Positions 40,215 to 49,828 of a DNA stretch of 64,000 nt are shown here, in pieces. A model generated the notes under the pieces. That model saw nothing but the letters and a program-made list of their open reading frames with translations. It was not told where the DNA came from and ran no database searches. Every line of letters starts with the position of its first letter. Position 1 is the stretch's first letter. A program made the translations under genes and the position numbers. The stretch is from Polyangiaceae bacterium (GTDB lineage: Bacteria; Myxococcota_A; Polyangia; Polyangiales; Polyangiaceae). The stretch lies in the NCBI GenBank assembly GCA_044222475.1, contig JBGANF010000014.1:33188-97187 (forward strand). Reading direction: 5' to 3'.

Positions 40215-41552
40215 ATGCGAACGAGGGAGGACGTCGCTCGAAGCACCCAGGCGGAGCGGGCCTTCGTCGCCGCGTTGGATCGAGAGCCCAACGACGCCGC
40301 CCCGGAGTCCCCGGCTCGACGACTCGCCAACATGGTCCTCGTGAATGCGATCAAGCGCGGAGTGAGTCACACGCGCGTTCGCGTCGGCGACCGGAACGCG
40401 ATCGAAGACTGCCACGAGCGCCGCTGGGAGGCGGTGGTGACGGAGACGCCTGCCGGTGTCCTGACGCGGACCCTCTGGCACCTCAAGTACATGGCGCGGA
40501 TCGAACCAGGGACGATCGCGCAGTGCGGGGCCACGCTGCGCCTCGCGCTCGGAAAAGGCCGCTTGGTCGACTTCGACGTCACGTTCGCCCACACGCCGAC
40601 CGGAGCCACGATCGTGTTCGCGGTCGTTCCTCCGGCGGCGGATCTACCGCCCTTCGATCCGAGGTTGCTCCAGCGATTGGACGACGCGGGCCGCGCCGGT
40701 GAGCGAGGTGACCGTGAGGAAGTGCGCCGATGCCTGCGCGAGGTCGCCGAGGGGGCGAGCGCCCTCGAACGAGGAGACGTCCGCGCGTCGCAGGTGCGAT
40801 CGAGCGCGGGGTTCGTCGCCCATCGCGCGGGTCTCGACGAGCTCGCCGTCGCGCTGCTGACGGCCGCGCTCGATCCCCCACCGAGCGCGCGCGATCGCGC
40901 GGTGGCCGAGGGCACCCTCGCGTCCGCGCTCGAAAGCTTGGAGCGCCTCGACGAGGCGATGCCTCACCACGAGCGATCTCTCGCCGCGGCTGAAGAGCTC
41001 GCGGCCGACACCGGGCTCTTGGTGCTCAGGCTCTCCGATGCGGCGGGGTGCGCCGCCCACCTGGGGGACGTGGACCGCGCCGAGCGGCTCCTCGCGCGCG
41101 CGTTGGCGGTCGCGGACGTCTTGTTGGGACCCGATCATGCGTTTCTCGCGCCCCGGATCGAGCTCGCGCGCGTGCGTCGCGCCCGCGACCCGTTGGCGGC
41201 GCACGCTGCACTGCTGGAGGTGCTGTCGCTCGCCGAGGCTTACGGTCACGACGCGGCAATCGAAGTCGCATTGGCCGAGCTCGCCGAGATCGAGCTCGCG
41301 CGGGGGGAGCTCGCCGCGGCCACGGAGCGGGTCCGGCGGGCTCTCGCGCTCGCGGGCTCTCACCCGCGCGGGCTTCGGCTTCACCTCATGCTCGCGCGCG
41401 CGCTCGCTGGAGCGGATCGTCGCAGCGAGGCGTTGGCGATCTTGCGCGCCGGAGCGGACATCGCCCGAGCCTCGCGAGGACCGACCCATCCCGAACGCGT
41501 GGCCATCGAAGCCGAGCTCGCCCTCGCCGAGAAGTCGTCTCCCTACCGCTGA
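40215..41552 (+). CDS. TPR protein with PilB/GspE N-domain, paralog 2
   Basis: PARRLANMVLVNAIKRGVS...LKYMARI...LALGKGRLVDFDV...TPTGATIVF; TPR-like helices. Confidence 0.72.
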   Translation: MRTREDVARSTQAERAFVAALDREPNDAAPESPARRLANMVLVNAIKRGVSHTRVRVGDRNAIEDCHERRWEAVVTETPAGVLTRTLWHLKYMARIEPGTIAQCGATLRLALGKGRLVDFDVTFAHTPTGATIVFAVVPPAADLPPFDPRLLQRLDDAGRAGERGDREEVRRCLREVAEGASALERGDVRASQVRSSAGFVAHRAGLDELAVALLTAALDPPPSARDRAVAEGTLASALESLERLDEAMPHHERSLAAAEELAADTGLLVLRLSDAAGCAAHLGDVDRAERLLARALAVADVLLGPDHAFLAPRIELARVRRARDPLAAHAALLEVLSLAEAYGHDAAIEVALAELAEIELARGELAAATERVRRALALAGSHPRGLRLHLMLARALAGADRRSEALAILRAGADIARASRGPTHPERVAIEAELALAEKSSPYR

Positions 41553-42118
41553 GCGGTCCACCCGATCGCGGCCTGTTTCGTGAAGACGTCGACGATTTGC
41601 TTCGTCGCGTCCTCGACGAGACCGGCGCCCACGGTGTCGAAATCGAGACCGGTCGTGTCTCGCGACACTTCGACGTCGCGAGAGGTGACCGCTTGTCCGC
41701 CGGGATCACGGACCTCGACGTAGAGGAGCATCGTGAACGTCTGATGGCTCTCCGTCGCGCCATCCCTGCCGAGCGCGGCGAGCCCGGTCGCCGGTCGGTC
41801 TTCGCTGACGCGCGTGAGGGAGCGAAGCGTCATCGCGAGCGTCCATGGCGTGGCGACGTCACCGCCGGCGCATGCCTTCGTGCCGATCTCGGCGAGGAGC
41901 TCACCGAAGGCCGACGCCACGTTCGTCATGCACAGGTCGAACGGGCCGTGAGGTACGGCGCACACCCGAGTGTCGCTGAGCTGGGAGACGTCCACCCGGC
42001 ACACGCCCGGAATCTTGGCGGGGAGCGCCATCGGCGGCGTACCCGGATTCGACGCGACGTATCCGGAGCCTCCGCAGCCGGCGAGAGCGACGAGCAAGAG
42101 GAAGCGAAACGTCGTCAT
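41543..42118 (-). CDS. Hypothetical lipoprotein
   Basis: LAGC lipobox. Confidence 0.6.
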   Translation of the reverse strand: MTTFRFLLLVALAGCGGSGYVASNPGTPPMALPAKIPGVCRVDVSQLSDTRVCAVPHGPFDLCMTNVASAFGELLAEIGTKACAGGDVATPWTLAMTLRSLTRVSEDRPATGLAALGRDGATESHQTFTMLLYVEVRDPGGQAVTSRDVEVSRDTTGLDFDTVGAGLVEDATKQIVDVFTKQAAIGWTAQR

Positions 42119-42222
42119 GGTCCGACGATAAGGCGATTCTTCGTCCGTGCGATGGTCACTTCGTCGTCGGAATGGCTTCCGGGGCGACGCTGGTGCTGCT
42201 ACCTGTTTTCTCCTCGATCCGC

Positions 42223-43662
42223 ATGAGCAAACCGCGCGTCCGCTTTGCACCGTCTCCGACCGGCTACCTCCACATCGGGGGCGTCCGGACGGCCCTCTTC
42301 AATTGGCTCTGGGCTCGCCACACCGGTGGCACGTTCGTCCTCCGCATCGAAGACACCGATCAGGAGCGGAGCACGCCGGAGAGCCGGCAGGTGATCCTCG
42401 ACTCGCTGAATTGGCTCGGCCTCGACTGGGACGAAGGCCCCGGCAAGGGCGGCGCGCACGGTCCGTACACCCAGATGGAGCGGCTCGCGCTCTACAAGGA
42501 GTGGAGCGAGAAGCTCATCGGGCTCGGCAAGGCCTTTCGCTGCTACTGCACCAAGGAAGAGCTCCAGGCCGCCCGCGACGAGCTCAAGGCGCGCGACCCC
42601 AAGGCGACGTTCAAGTACCCCGGCACCTGTCGCGATCGGAAAGACCAACCCGACAAGCCGTTCGTCGTGCGCTTCAAGGCGCCCACCGAAGGCGACCTCG
42701 TCTACGTCGACAAGGTCTTCGGCGAGGTGCGGACGCCGAACGCGGCCCAGCAGGACTTCGTGCTCCTCCGGAGCGACGGCATCCCGCTCTACAACTTCGG
42801 CTGCGTCGTCGACGACATCACGATGGACATCTCGCTCGTCGCGCGCGGGCGCGATCACATGGTGAACACGCCGCCGCAGATCATGCTCTACGAGGCGTTC
42901 GCCAAGCCGCCGCCCGCGTTCGCGCACCTCCCGATGATGCTGGCGCAGAGCGGGGAGAAGCTCTCCAAGCGGCACGGCGCGGTCAGCGTCGGCGAGTACC
43001 GCGACCAGGGCTACACGCCCGACGGCGTGCTCAACTACCTCGTGCGGTTCGGTTGGTCCCACGGCGATCAAGAGGTCTTCTCCAAGTCGGACCTGGTCGA
43101 GGCGTTCAACTGGGAGGCCTGCGGTCGCGGCGACGGCAAGTTCGACCCGAAGAAGTTCCTCGCGATCCAGTACGAGCACCTCAAGCACCCGCGCCTCACC
43201 TCCGACGACGCCTACGCGACCGGCGTCGTGCCGTTCGCCGAGAAGCGCGGGCTCCACGTGACCGCAGCCGACGTGAAGCGTGTACTCTACACCATTCGCG
43301 AGCGCGCCCAGACGCTCGTGGACGCGGCCGATCGCATCGACTTCTTCTTCCGCGAGCCGCCGGTGATGGACGAAGCGGCGGCGAAGAAGTTCCTCGTCAA
43401 AGGCAGCGCGAAGGCCCTCCGCGACGTGCGCGCGATCGTGGCCGGCCTGAGCGAGTTCTCCGCCGACGCGATCAAGGGCGCGATCGAGACGTACCTCGCC
43501 CAAGAGAAGCTCGAGATGAAGCAGGTCGCCCAGCCGCTGCGCGTCGCGCTGACCGGCCGCACCGCGAGCCCCGGCCTCTACGAGGTGATCCAGGAGATCG
43601 GTCGCGAGCGCGCGCTCGCGCGGCTCGACCGCGCCGCGGAAGCGGCAGAAGCGAACGGATGA
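42223..43662 (+). CDS. gltX: Glutamate--tRNA ligase
   Basis: RFAPSPTGYLHIGG, LRIEDTD and KLSKR motifs; anticodon domain present. Confidence 0.97.
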   Translation: MSKPRVRFAPSPTGYLHIGGVRTALFNWLWARHTGGTFVLRIEDTDQERSTPESRQVILDSLNWLGLDWDEGPGKGGAHGPYTQMERLALYKEWSEKLIGLGKAFRCYCTKEELQAARDELKARDPKATFKYPGTCRDRKDQPDKPFVVRFKAPTEGDLVYVDKVFGEVRTPNAAQQDFVLLRSDGIPLYNFGCVVDDITMDISLVARGRDHMVNTPPQIMLYEAFAKPPPAFAHLPMMLAQSGEKLSKRHGAVSVGEYRDQGYTPDGVLNYLVRFGWSHGDQEVFSKSDLVEAFNWEACGRGDGKFDPKKFLAIQYEHLKHPRLTSDDAYATGVVPFAEKRGLHVTAADVKRVLYTIRERAQTLVDAADRIDFFFREPPVMDEAAAKKFLVKGSAKALRDVRAIVAGLSEFSADAIKGAIETYLAQEKLEMKQVAQPLRVALTGRTASPGLYEVIQEIGRERALARLDRAAEAAEANG

Positions 43663-44768
43663 TCTTCGGGCCGGGCGATCCGCCGACCGGGAACGACACG
43701 CTGCTCGCAGCGTTGCGTCCGTTCGTCCCGATCCCGGGCTTTCTCGTCGTCCTCCCGCTCCTCTACTTCTTCTTCCGCAAGACCTGGCGCGAGCTCGATC
43801 TCGACGCGCAAGAGCACCGCGGCCAGATCCTCGCCGAGGGAAAGCAGGACCTGAGGCCGTTCGTGTCGCTCGTGCTGTGCGGGATCATCCTGACGGTGCA
43901 GGAGTACTACGGCGGTCGCGGCTACTTCGACACGATCATCATGCCGAAGCTGACCGCGTACGACGCGGCCCACCACGAGGCGCTGAAGCTCTACAAGTAC
44001 AACGAGCTCTACGGCTTCGGCTGGTGGGTCGTCTCGCGCGTGCTCGGGTACGTCGTCGTTCCGTTTCCTCTCTGGAAGATCATCTTCCGCAAGGACTCGC
44101 TCCTCGACCTCGGGCTGCGGACGAAGGGCTTCTTCGACCACGCCTGGATCTACGGGCTCTTCCTCGCCGTCGTGCTCCCCGCGATGCTGATCGTCGCGCG
44201 CCAGGACGACTTCGGCACGTACTACCCGTTCTACAAACAGTCCTCGCGCAGCTGGTTCGACTTCCTCTGCTGGGAGGGGATGTACTTCGTCCAGTTCTTC
44301 GCGCTCGAGATGTTCTTCCGCGGGTTCTGGCTCGGCGTTCTCCGGCGCAGCCTGGGCTCGGGCGCCATCTTCGTCATGGCGGTGCCGTACTGCATGATCC
44401 ACTACGGCAAGCCGTACCTCGAAGCGAACGGCGCGATCATCGCGGGGATCGCGCTCGGCTCGCTGAGCATGAAGACGAAGAGCATCTACCAGGGCTTCCT
44501 CGTCCACATCACCGTCGCCGGCCTGATGGATTGGCTCTCGCTCAGCCGGCGCGACGCGTTGCCGCACACGTTCTGGCCCGCCGAGATCGACCCGACGACC
44601 GGCGTGTTCATCGCCCAGAAGGAGATCCCGCCGGGAACGGTCGTGCGGCTCGTCGTCACCGTCCTGGGCACCCTCATCCTCGGCATCGCCGCATGGCGCG
44701 GCTTCCTCTACTGGCGGAAGCGCCGAGCGGAAAAGTCCGCCCCCGAGGGCAGTTTGCCCTATCGTTGA
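43659..44768 (+). CDS. CPBP (CAAX/Abi) family intramembrane glutamic endopeptidase
   Basis: LEMFFRG, PYCMIHYGKP and GFLVH motifs; multiple TM helices. Confidence 0.8.
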   Translation: MIFGPGDPPTGNDTLLAALRPFVPIPGFLVVLPLLYFFFRKTWRELDLDAQEHRGQILAEGKQDLRPFVSLVLCGIILTVQEYYGGRGYFDTIIMPKLTAYDAAHHEALKLYKYNELYGFGWWVVSRVLGYVVVPFPLWKIIFRKDSLLDLGLRTKGFFDHAWIYGLFLAVVLPAMLIVARQDDFGTYYPFYKQSSRSWFDFLCWEGMYFVQFFALEMFFRGFWLGVLRRSLGSGAIFVMAVPYCMIHYGKPYLEANGAIIAGIALGSLSMKTKSIYQGFLVHITVAGLMDWLSLSRRDALPHTFWPAEIDPTTGVFIAQKEIPPGTVVRLVVTVLGTLILGIAAWRGFLYWRKRRAEKSAPEGSLPYR

Positions 44769-44775
44769 GGGTCGG

Positions 44776-45171
44776 ATGAACTTGCGCCTCGCTCTGTTCG
44801 CTGCTGGTGCCGTCGTCGCGGCGGCCTGCACCCAGAACCCGTCGATCGACGGGACGACCGTACCGAAGATCGGAAGCTCGTCGTCGCCGCCGGACTGCAA
44901 GGACCTCTGCCCGCGCATCGCCAAGCTGTGCGGCTTCGCACCGCAGGACTGCACCGTCGCGGACGGCGGCGGCTACTGCGACCAGTACTACGACGACGCG
45001 CGCCGCAGTTGCGCCGGCCAGGCTGCGACCTGCAAGGAGCTCCTCGACTGCACCAACGAGGTCCCCGACGCCGAGACGCCCGATGGCGCCAACGATGCGA
45101 GCGACGACGCGAGCGACGACGTGGCGAGCGAAGCTTCGACCGACGCCGGCAAAGACGCCAAGACCGACTGA
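44776..45171 (+). CDS. Cys-rich lipoprotein with acidic tail
   Basis: AAAC lipobox; CxxxC motifs; DA-rich tail. Confidence 0.7.
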   Translation: MNLRLALFAAGAVVAAACTQNPSIDGTTVPKIGSSSSPPDCKDLCPRIAKLCGFAPQDCTVADGGGYCDQYYDDARRSCAGQAATCKELLDCTNEVPDAETPDGANDASDDASDDVASEASTDAGKDAKTD

Positions 45172-45174
45172 CGA

Positions 45175-45669
45175 TCAGCGGTCGAGCGCGGCCGCGAGGT
45201 GGCGGAGCGAGTCGGCCTGGATCTGCTGGCTCTTCTTGCCCGACGCGTACAGCGTCGCGAGCGCGAGGAGCGAGCGCGTCTGGATCTTCAGCGGCTCCTT
45301 GGCGAAGTCTTCGTGGGCCATCCGACGCCAGAGGAACGTCTCGAGCGCGCGGGGCTTCTTGGCGAGGCCCTTGATCGCGCGCTCGAGGATCTCCTCGGAG
45401 GTCGGGGCGACGCGGGCGGCGCGCAGGTAGTACGAGACCGCGGCCGAGGCGCGGCCAAAGGCGATCGCGCAGGCGTCCGCGGCGTCGCACAGGGCGGCCG
45501 CCTTTTCGTCGTCGGTCTTTGCGGCTTCGACGCGGCCCTGCGCCTTGCGGAGGGCATCGCGGAAGCCTTTGCCGCGGCCGTCTCCGCCGAACGCTGGCCG
45601 CACCCGCCAGAGGATCACGAGCGCGAAGACGACCGCGACGGCGAGGAGTGCGATGGTCTGAAGGGACAC
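45175..45669 (-). CDS. Membrane-anchored helical hypothetical protein
   Basis: N-terminal TM helix; fills the gap between neighbours. Confidence 0.65.
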   Translation of the reverse strand: MSLQTIALLAVAVVFALVILWRVRPAFGGDGRGKGFRDALRKAQGRVEAAKTDDEKAAALCDAADACAIAFGRASAAVSYYLRAARVAPTSEEILERAIKGLAKKPRALETFLWRRMAHEDFAKEPLKIQTRSLLALATLYASGKKSQQIQADSLRHLAAALDR

Positions 45670-45753
45670 GCCCCTCTTCTATCCTGAATCGGCGGCCGGG
45701 GAGAAGTATGGGACGAACTTGCAGAAGCCCGGCGAATCCTGCACGATCGCTTC

Positions 45754-46410
45754 GTGCGCGTCCGCTCCAGCCTGCCGCTCCTCGCTCTTGCCACGGTCTT
45801 CGTGGCGGGCTCGGCCGGCGCCGACATCTACCAGTACACCGACGCGGACGGGGTCGTGCACTTCGCCAACTCGCCGCCGGCCGGCGGTGGCGCGAAGGTC
45901 GTCGTGAAGGGGAGCGGTGGCAGCCCCGGTGGGCGCCCGCTCGGCCCGATCGTCCCGCCCCAAGATCGGGACCCAGCGCGCTTCACCCGCTACGACGAGT
46001 GGATCCGCCAAGCGGCGACGCTCTACCAGATCCCCGAGGCGCTCGTTCGCGCCGTCATCAAGGTCGAGAGCGACTACGACCCGCGGGCAGTGAGCTCGTC
46101 GGGTGCTCGCGGGCTCATGCAGCTCATGCCCGAGACGGCCGAGCGCATGCAGGTCAAGGACTCGCACGACCCGCGCGAGAACATCTTCGGCGGCGTGCGC
46201 CTGCTTCGCATCCTCGCCAACTCGTTCAACGGTGACCTCCAACTCACGGTGGCCGCGTACAACGCCGGACCCGACGCGGTCATGAAGTTCGGCGGCATCC
46301 CGCCGTACCAGCAGACGCGTGACTACGTCGTGAAGGTCGTCGGCTACTACAAGCGGTACCGCACCACGGCCGACCCGGTCGAGGCGAGCGTCGGGCCTCC
46401 CAATCCATGA
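45754..46410 (+). CDS. Lytic transglycosylase (Slt) with N-terminal DUF4124-like domain
   Basis: IYQYTDADGVVHF; VES, GLMQLMP and AAYNAG motifs. Confidence 0.92.
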   Translation: MRVRSSLPLLALATVFVAGSAGADIYQYTDADGVVHFANSPPAGGGAKVVVKGSGGSPGGRPLGPIVPPQDRDPARFTRYDEWIRQAATLYQIPEALVRAVIKVESDYDPRAVSSSGARGLMQLMPETAERMQVKDSHDPRENIFGGVRLLRILANSFNGDLQLTVAAYNAGPDAVMKFGGIPPYQQTRDYVVKVVGYYKRYRTTADPVEASVGPPNP

Positions 46411-47459
46411 AAGCGACGACCGCGCTGCTGCTCGGCGTCGCCCTCGCCAGCTTCAGCGTCGAGGCCCTCGCCGACGCGCCGAAGCTCGAGCTCCAAGAGG
46501 TCGCGGACACTGGCTCGATGCCGAAAGGCGTGAGCCTGTCGCCGGACGGGGCGCACCTCTACGTCACGAACTTCGGGATGGCCAACGGTCACAACATCAC
46601 CATCTACAACGCGACGACCCTCGCGGCCGAAGGGGCGATCGACCTCCCCGGCGTCGTCGTGGAGACGACCCTCTCGGCCGATGGGTCGACGATCTTCGCC
46701 TCCAACTTCACGCGCGACAGCGTGCAGCTCGTCGACACGAAGACCCACCGCGTCACGCGCGAGATCAACGTGGGTCTCCACCCGAAGATCCTCGTCCTCT
46801 CGCGCGACGGCAAGACGCTCTACGCCGCCAACTGGAACGGCAACTCCGTCACCGAGGTCGACGTCGCGAAGGGGACCGTCGTTCGTACGCTCCCCACTGG
46901 CGTTCACCCGCGCGGCATGGCGTTGGCCCAAAATGGGACGCTGTACGTCGCCAACTTCGACGGCGCGACCATCGACGTCTTCAAGGGGGCCGACCACTCG
47001 CAGACCTACCGTCTCGCCGCGTGCGCGATCCCGCGCCACCTCGCGCTCTCCCCCGACGAGAAGACGCTCTACGTGTCCTGCTACCACGACTCGCAGCTCT
47101 GGGCGCTCGACGTCGCCACCGAGCGCTTCGTCCACACCGTCGCGGTCGGCAAGAACCCGAAGAGCATCGAGGTCAGCCGCGACGGGAGATACGTGTATTC
47201 TGCAGACTACGGCCCGTCGAACAGCGTCTCCATCGTCGACACCACGACGTGGACGGCCACGACCTACACCGTGCCCGGTCTCGACCGGGGGAGCGGGCTC
47301 ACCGTCTACCCGGACGGAAAGCACGCCGCCGTGACGGGCTGGTGTGACAACCATGTCTTCCTCGTGGGGATCGAAGGCACAGGTGGGCACCCGAAAGAGG
47401 CGCTGGCCAAGATGAGCGCGCCCCGTCCCCACGGTGTGTGCACTCAACCGACACCGTAG
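46407..47459 (+). CDS. Secreted YVTN/YncE beta-propeller protein
   Basis: Repeated SPDG..LYVTN/AN blades; signal peptide. Confidence 0.88.
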   Translation: MKATTALLLGVALASFSVEALADAPKLELQEVADTGSMPKGVSLSPDGAHLYVTNFGMANGHNITIYNATTLAAEGAIDLPGVVVETTLSADGSTIFASNFTRDSVQLVDTKTHRVTREINVGLHPKILVLSRDGKTLYAANWNGNSVTEVDVAKGTVVRTLPTGVHPRGMALAQNGTLYVANFDGATIDVFKGADHSQTYRLAACAIPRHLALSPDEKTLYVSCYHDSQLWALDVATERFVHTVAVGKNPKSIEVSRDGRYVYSADYGPSNSVSIVDTTTWTATTYTVPGLDRGSGLTVYPDGKHAAVTGWCDNHVFLVGIEGTGGHPKEALAKMSAPRPHGVCTQPTP

Positions 47460-47621
47460 GACAGGTAGCGTCCAAGCCCACGGAATCGACGAGAAATCGC
47501 GATCCACCGTGACGATCCAGCTGGACCAATCGTTCCGCTGAACACATCATTTTTCCAAGGGACTGGATCGGTGCGGAGGTTGCATCGCTTCGTCGCGTGA
47601 CGGGCTGCGGGCGGCGCGGCC

Positions 47622-48596
47622 ATGGGAGGATCGCGCATGGACTTGCCGGTGATCGTGATCGAAGGAGACCGTTGCCCCGACGCAGATCGGGCGGCGGCGG
47701 CGATCCACGACGCGCTGGCGAACGTGAGCGGGGCCGGGTACCGGCTCGCCGTGAAGGTCCGCTTCGACGCCACGGGGACGCGCGTCGTCGCCGAGCTGGA
47801 CGGTCCCGACGGCGCGCTGTCGCACCGCGAGCTGGCGACCTCGGGGCGCCGCTGCGAGTCGCTCGCGCGCGGCGCCGGAGTGTGGGCGGCGTTGGCGCTC
47901 GACGCGGAGCACACGCGTCTTGCGCAGGCTCAGGCGCGGGCCCAGAACGAAGCGGACGACGCTCAGCGCGCGGCTGCCGCGAAGGCGAAGCTCGGGACGT
48001 CCGGCGGCGCGGCCAGCGGAACCGGGACCACCACGATCGACGGGGTGGACTCCGCGGATTCCCTCGACGGCGTCGCGCGGAAGGGCGGCGCGAGCTCGAG
48101 CGACGCGGCCACCGAGCGCAAAGAGCCGCCGCCGGTTCTCGATCTCGGGGCGTCGAGCACGCTCAGCACGGGCTACGGCTCGGGTGCGTCCCCGGTCGTC
48201 GGCGCGGACGTGTTCGCGCAGATCGCGCTCCGCCCCGGCATCTTCCTCCGCCCGGCGCTGGGGTTCGGCGCCGGGCTGACGACGGCGACGTCGGTCGGCC
48301 GCGGACGCGTGGATGCGTGCCTCCGCCTCCCCGGGAACTACACGGTGGCGCGCGGGCTCGAGCTCGACACGTGTCTCGGGATGGAGCTCGGCGGAGTCCG
48401 TGCGCCGAACGCGCTCGGCGCGCAGGAGACGCGCTTCATCTTCACTCCCGGTCCCGCGCTCGCGCTCCGCGGCGCGTTCACTCGGGCGCTCAGCATCGAG
48501 ATCCGCGGGACCTTCGGGTTCAACATCCCGTTGAGCTACGAGGCCGATCTCCTCAACCTTCGCGCCGAGATCGGCATCTCGTGGGCGGTGCTCTGA
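47622..48596 (+). CDS. Hypothetical protein, possible C-terminal beta-barrel
   Basis: Stop overlaps ECF sigma start; amphipathic strands at C-terminus. Confidence 0.6.
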   Translation: MGGSRMDLPVIVIEGDRCPDADRAAAAIHDALANVSGAGYRLAVKVRFDATGTRVVAELDGPDGALSHRELATSGRRCESLARGAGVWAALALDAEHTRLAQAQARAQNEADDAQRAAAAKAKLGTSGGAASGTGTTTIDGVDSADSLDGVARKGGASSSDAATERKEPPPVLDLGASSTLSTGYGSGASPVVGADVFAQIALRPGIFLRPALGFGAGLTTATSVGRGRVDACLRLPGNYTVARGLELDTCLGMELGGVRAPNALGAQETRFIFTPGPALALRGAFTRALSIEIRGTFGFNIPLSYEADLLNLRAEIGISWAVL

Positions 48597-49153
48597 TGCT
48601 CGACTTCCGCGCCCTCTACGACGCCCACGTCGACTTCGTCTGGCGCAACCTCCGCCGCCTCGGCGTCGCCGAGCCCGACGTCGACGATCGCACCCAAGAG
48701 GTGTTCGTCGTCGCGCACCGCCGCCTCGCCGACTTCGAGGAGCGCGGTCACGGTCCGCGTGCCTGGCTGTATCAGATTGTCCTTCGCGTCGCGTCCGAGT
48801 CGCGTCGCCATCGACGTCGTCACCCCGAGGACGCGGACGGCGGCGCGGCCGAGGCGCACCTTCGGGGCGCGAGCGATCCCGCGGCCGACGTCGAGGTGCG
48901 CGAAGACCTTCGCCGCCTCGACGCCGCTCTCGGCGAGCTCGACGACGAGAAGCGCGCGGTCATCGTCCTCCACGACATCGAAGAGATGACCGCCCCCGAG
49001 ATCGCCGAAGCGACCGGCGTCCCGCTGAACACCGTGTACTCGCGGCTGCGCCTCGGCCGGCAACGGCTCGACGAGGTCTTGCGGCGGAAGTGCCTCGTCT
49101 CCGGAGAGTACCAAGTTGGTACTCTACGGGTGCTCGCCGGAGGTGCGCGATGA
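48596..49153 (+). CDS. ECF RNA polymerase sigma factor
   Basis: FRALY..HVDFVWRNLRRLG, QEVF, AWLY and EIAEATGVPLNTVYSRL motifs. Confidence 0.93.
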   Translation: MLDFRALYDAHVDFVWRNLRRLGVAEPDVDDRTQEVFVVAHRRLADFEERGHGPRAWLYQIVLRVASESRRHRRRHPEDADGGAAEAHLRGASDPAADVEVREDLRRLDAALGELDDEKRAVIVLHDIEEMTAPEIAEATGVPLNTVYSRLRLGRQRLDEVLRRKCLVSGEYQVGTLRVLAGGAR

Positions 49154-49809
49154 CCGCGCCCGGGACCGAGATGCAAGCTCTCTTCCGAGCCGCGCGGCGC
49201 GACGGGCCGAGCTCTGCGGCGAAGGAGAGGATGTTCGCCGGGATCGCCGCGCAGACCGCCGGTGCGGCAGCGGCGACGTCGCTGCTCGGCAAGCTGCTCG
49301 GATCGTCGGCGGCGAAGGTCGGGGCAGTGGTCCTCTCGGTGGCCGCCGTGTGGGGCATCGCGGGGCTCGTCGGGCCTCGGGTGGTCGGCGTTCTCGCGCC
49401 AGGTCTCGGGACTTCGTCGCTCGCGCCCGGACCCGACGTCGTGACCGAGCGCGGCGCCAGCGAAAGCGAAGACGCGCGTCCGGCCCCGGCGTCGTTCGTC
49501 GCGCTGTCGTCTCATGCGCCGCGCGCGCCGGGCGCGAAGGCGGCGGCCGTCGCGACGTCGAACGACGGTGACGCGATCGAGCGAGAGGCACGCTGGGTCG
49601 CCGAGGCGCGTACCGCGCTCATGCGCGGGGAACCCGCGCTCGCAGCGGCGAAGGCCCGAGCCGCCCGCGCGCTCCCGTCTCGCATGTTCGAGCCGGAGGA
49701 GCTCCGCATCCTCGGCCGCGCTCTGCGCGTGATGGGGGACGACGTCGGCGCCGACGCCGCGTTCTCCGAGCTCGTCGCGAAGTACCCGGCCGAAGCGCTC
49801 CGTCCCTAG
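49150..49809 (+). CDS. Putative anti-sigma factor (TM helix plus C-terminal TPR-like)
   Basis: Coupled to the ECF gene; single TM helix. Confidence 0.65.
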   Translation: MTAPGTEMQALFRAARRDGPSSAAKERMFAGIAAQTAGAAAATSLLGKLLGSSAAKVGAVVLSVAAVWGIAGLVGPRVVGVLAPGLGTSSLAPGPDVVTERGASESEDARPAPASFVALSSHAPRAPGAKAAAVATSNDGDAIEREARWVAEARTALMRGEPALAAAKARAARALPSRMFEPEELRILGRALRVMGDDVGADAAFSELVAKYPAEALRP

Positions 49810-49828
49810 GCTGCTAAGCTTCGACGCG

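Noticed and set aside
47569..47584. Sigma54 promoter CGGTGCGGAGGTTGCA
   Set aside because: The spacing is correct but the -24 match is weak for high-GC DNA, so support is insufficient.
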